A stretch of DNA of 64,000 nucleotides from the human T2T-CHM13v2.0 reference genome, Homo sapiens. A model generated the notes under the pieces. That model did no database searches and was not told where the DNA came from. It saw nothing but the letters and a program-made list of their open reading frames with translations. A program made the translations under genes and the position numbers. Positions 61,796 through 64,000 of this stretch are shown one piece after another. Where the stretch lies: assembly GCF_009914755.1 (NCBI RefSeq), contig NC_060935.1, one strand, 5' to 3'. Each line of letters starts with the position of its first letter. Position 1 is the stretch's first letter.

Positions 61796-64000
61796 AGGTG
61801 CTGTGCTCTGTCTGGGAGGTCTGAGGAGGGAACAAAGTCCCCTCCCTTCCCCTCTTCATGGATGGCCTTGAGTCTGCTGGGGTCAAAATCTGGGGAAAAC
61901 GCACAATCCCGGGAACCCCACCGTGCCGAGTCGTAGGCTCCCAGGAATGGGCTTGTGCTGGGACAGCCGTTAGCAGTGTCTTGGTGCGGGCTCCCTCTCA
62001 CACCTCATTTCACATTCCCAACAGCTGGTGGAGAACACAAGTAGAGGTTGTCCTTGTTTCTCAGAGGAGGGGCCAGCCATGGGGTGCTTGGTGGGGCTGT
62101 GTAGTGATGGGGAGCACAGGCTGGGAGCCAGGCCAGGCCCCATTCACATGAGGCCCAGGGCAGAGTCCAAGCTGCAAGGGAGACTTGGGCTCACTATACC
62201 GGACTATCCTCATTTTGCAGGTGGGGAAACTGAGGCTTAGGAGAGGGGAACATGGCTTGTCCAAGGCCACAGGGTGACTCTGACACAGTGAGCCTGTCCT
62301 GGCTCTTGGTGCTTCTGTCTCCACACAGATACACAGGAGCACCATTTTACAAATAAGGGAATTAAGGTTCCAGTCCTGGGAGGCTGGACGCCTGGGTTCA
62401 AGTCCCACTTGGGTACTGGTGTGCAGCATGACCTCACGTAGGCCTCCTTTCCCAGCCTTGATTCCTGCTGGGCTGAGCCCTTCTCCCTGCCTTCCCAGGC
62501 CCAGCCTCTGCTCACCTGGCTGGCTGTGGCCAGTGGGAGTGAACCACTTACAGAAGATAGCATCTCACCAGCCATGTTGCCCTGGGCAACTAATACAACT
62601 TATTGTAGCTCCATTGTACCTGTGGGGCAGGTGCAATGAGGGACAACAAGTGAAGTCAATGACAGCTGCTGCTGTCATGGTCCACCCAGCCAGAGTGTCT
62701 ATTGGCAGGGCCTGGGCAGGGCTGTGGGCCCAGAAGGGAGTGAGCCAACACAGACCAGCTTCTTCCCTCATCAGCTGTGTGACTTTGGACAGGTCACTTA
62801 ACTTCCTGGGACCTCCATCTTCTCCCCTGTAAAAAGCAGTGATGCCTCCTATTTAGGGTATTAGGAGGGGTGCCCTGGGTCCAATAGTCAGGTGACTTGC
62901 CCAAGGCCACCGCTGGTCAGGGCAGAGGAGGGCTGCACACCTCCCATACCTCCCCCATTTTGCTAAAGTCCAGGGGTTTCCGAGAGAATTTTTCCCTGAG
63001 AGACAAGGGCACATCTGGATTAGGATGGACAGGAGCAGTGGCCCCGCAGGTATTTGGAGATGAGGTGTGAGGCCGGCTGCCAGCACCACCATGGTGCCGT
63101 AGGCTCTGCCGGAAGAGCACTCCTACTCCAGCTGGTAATGTCCTCTTGTCAGACAGATGTGGTACTGACCAAGCTTGGCCTTGCTGCCCTGTGGTCCCCA
63201 GCCTGGAAGGGAGACCAGCCAACTTTGTCTGAAAGGGTACGGTGTATGAAGAGCAATGGGTAGGGGAGCGGGGATCCAAGGTAGAGGGTGGCTGAGCACA
63301 CAGGGACAGCTGCAGAACAGCTTGCCGCTCCAGGATAGTGCTCGGGGAGAAACAGGTCTGCCTCTGGCCCCCAGCCCCCGCCTGCAGCACCAGCAGATGT
63401 GATGTGTTCTCCCCAGGGCCACGCTGGCTGGGCCTTGCCGCAGGCCCAGTAATCTCTGATCATTACGGTAGAGGTTGTAGAGACAATGAGTACAGGGGCC
63501 GCTCCTGTACAACCTGCACCCCCTCCCCAGTGACAGCGCTCCGGACACACATGGAGCCAGCTGCTCAGTGACACAGGCTCAGGGAAGCCAAAGGCCCCCA
63601 CCTCCCAGGGTGCAGCTGCTGCTGGAGCTGGGCCAGGAGTGCTACCAGGAACCCTCCTTCCAAGCCCGAGCAGGTGTGGTCTTCTTGACAAAGTGGTCCT
63701 GGGGTCAGCATTTGATGAACAGTGGAAACTCTCTCTTAGCTGCCTCCCTTTCCCAGCATTTGGCCAGAGCATCTCAGCCTCTGCATCTCCTAAGCTGGAC
63801 ACACTCCCAGGAATCCACTGCAGGACTTCATTCATTCATTCACTCATTCATTCATTCCACACCCTCTGAGCACATACTGTGCACCAGCCCTGGAGCCAGA
63901 TGAAGTCCTTACACTGCTCACAGGCTCTTGTGGGAGGAGGGCAGGTAGACAAGTGACCACACACCCAGACAGGGCCTCAAGAGAGCAGAGCAGGAGACAC

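Noticed and set aside
61657-63903. Multiple 100-228 aa ORFs at the GC-rich right end; looked for SLC25A47-like coding sequence
   Set aside because: No recognisable domain or mitochondrial-carrier motif; such ORFs are expected by chance at high GC, and MIR/L2-like fragments are interspersed

Overview
Human genomic DNA; the gene content matches 11q12.1. Left to right: (1) the last two coding exons and ~3.6 kb 3' UTR of DTX4 (+); (2) the intronless MPEG1/perforin-2 gene (-), tail-to-tail with DTX4, with the two poly(A) signals 2 nt apart; (3) the MPEG1 upstream region, with a PU.1 promoter box, a 7SL pseudogene, a MER41 solo LTR carrying two intact GAS (STAT) sites, and a PU.1/IRF composite-element cluster; (4) a repeat-rich intergenic stretch, including a ~100-bp inverted templated insertion inside an MLT1 LTR, and a MER4-group ERV1 provirus (tRNA-Arg PBS, env remnant) split by a full-length dead L1PA; (5) a young AluYb8; (6) an intron-containing partial duplicate of WARS1 (last three exons, 3' UTR, GC-rich downstream flank) whose splice sites and reading frame are still intact. 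No prokaryotic systems (CRISPR etc.) are present. Repeat subfamily names and reference comparisons come from recalled consensus sequences, not from a database run.
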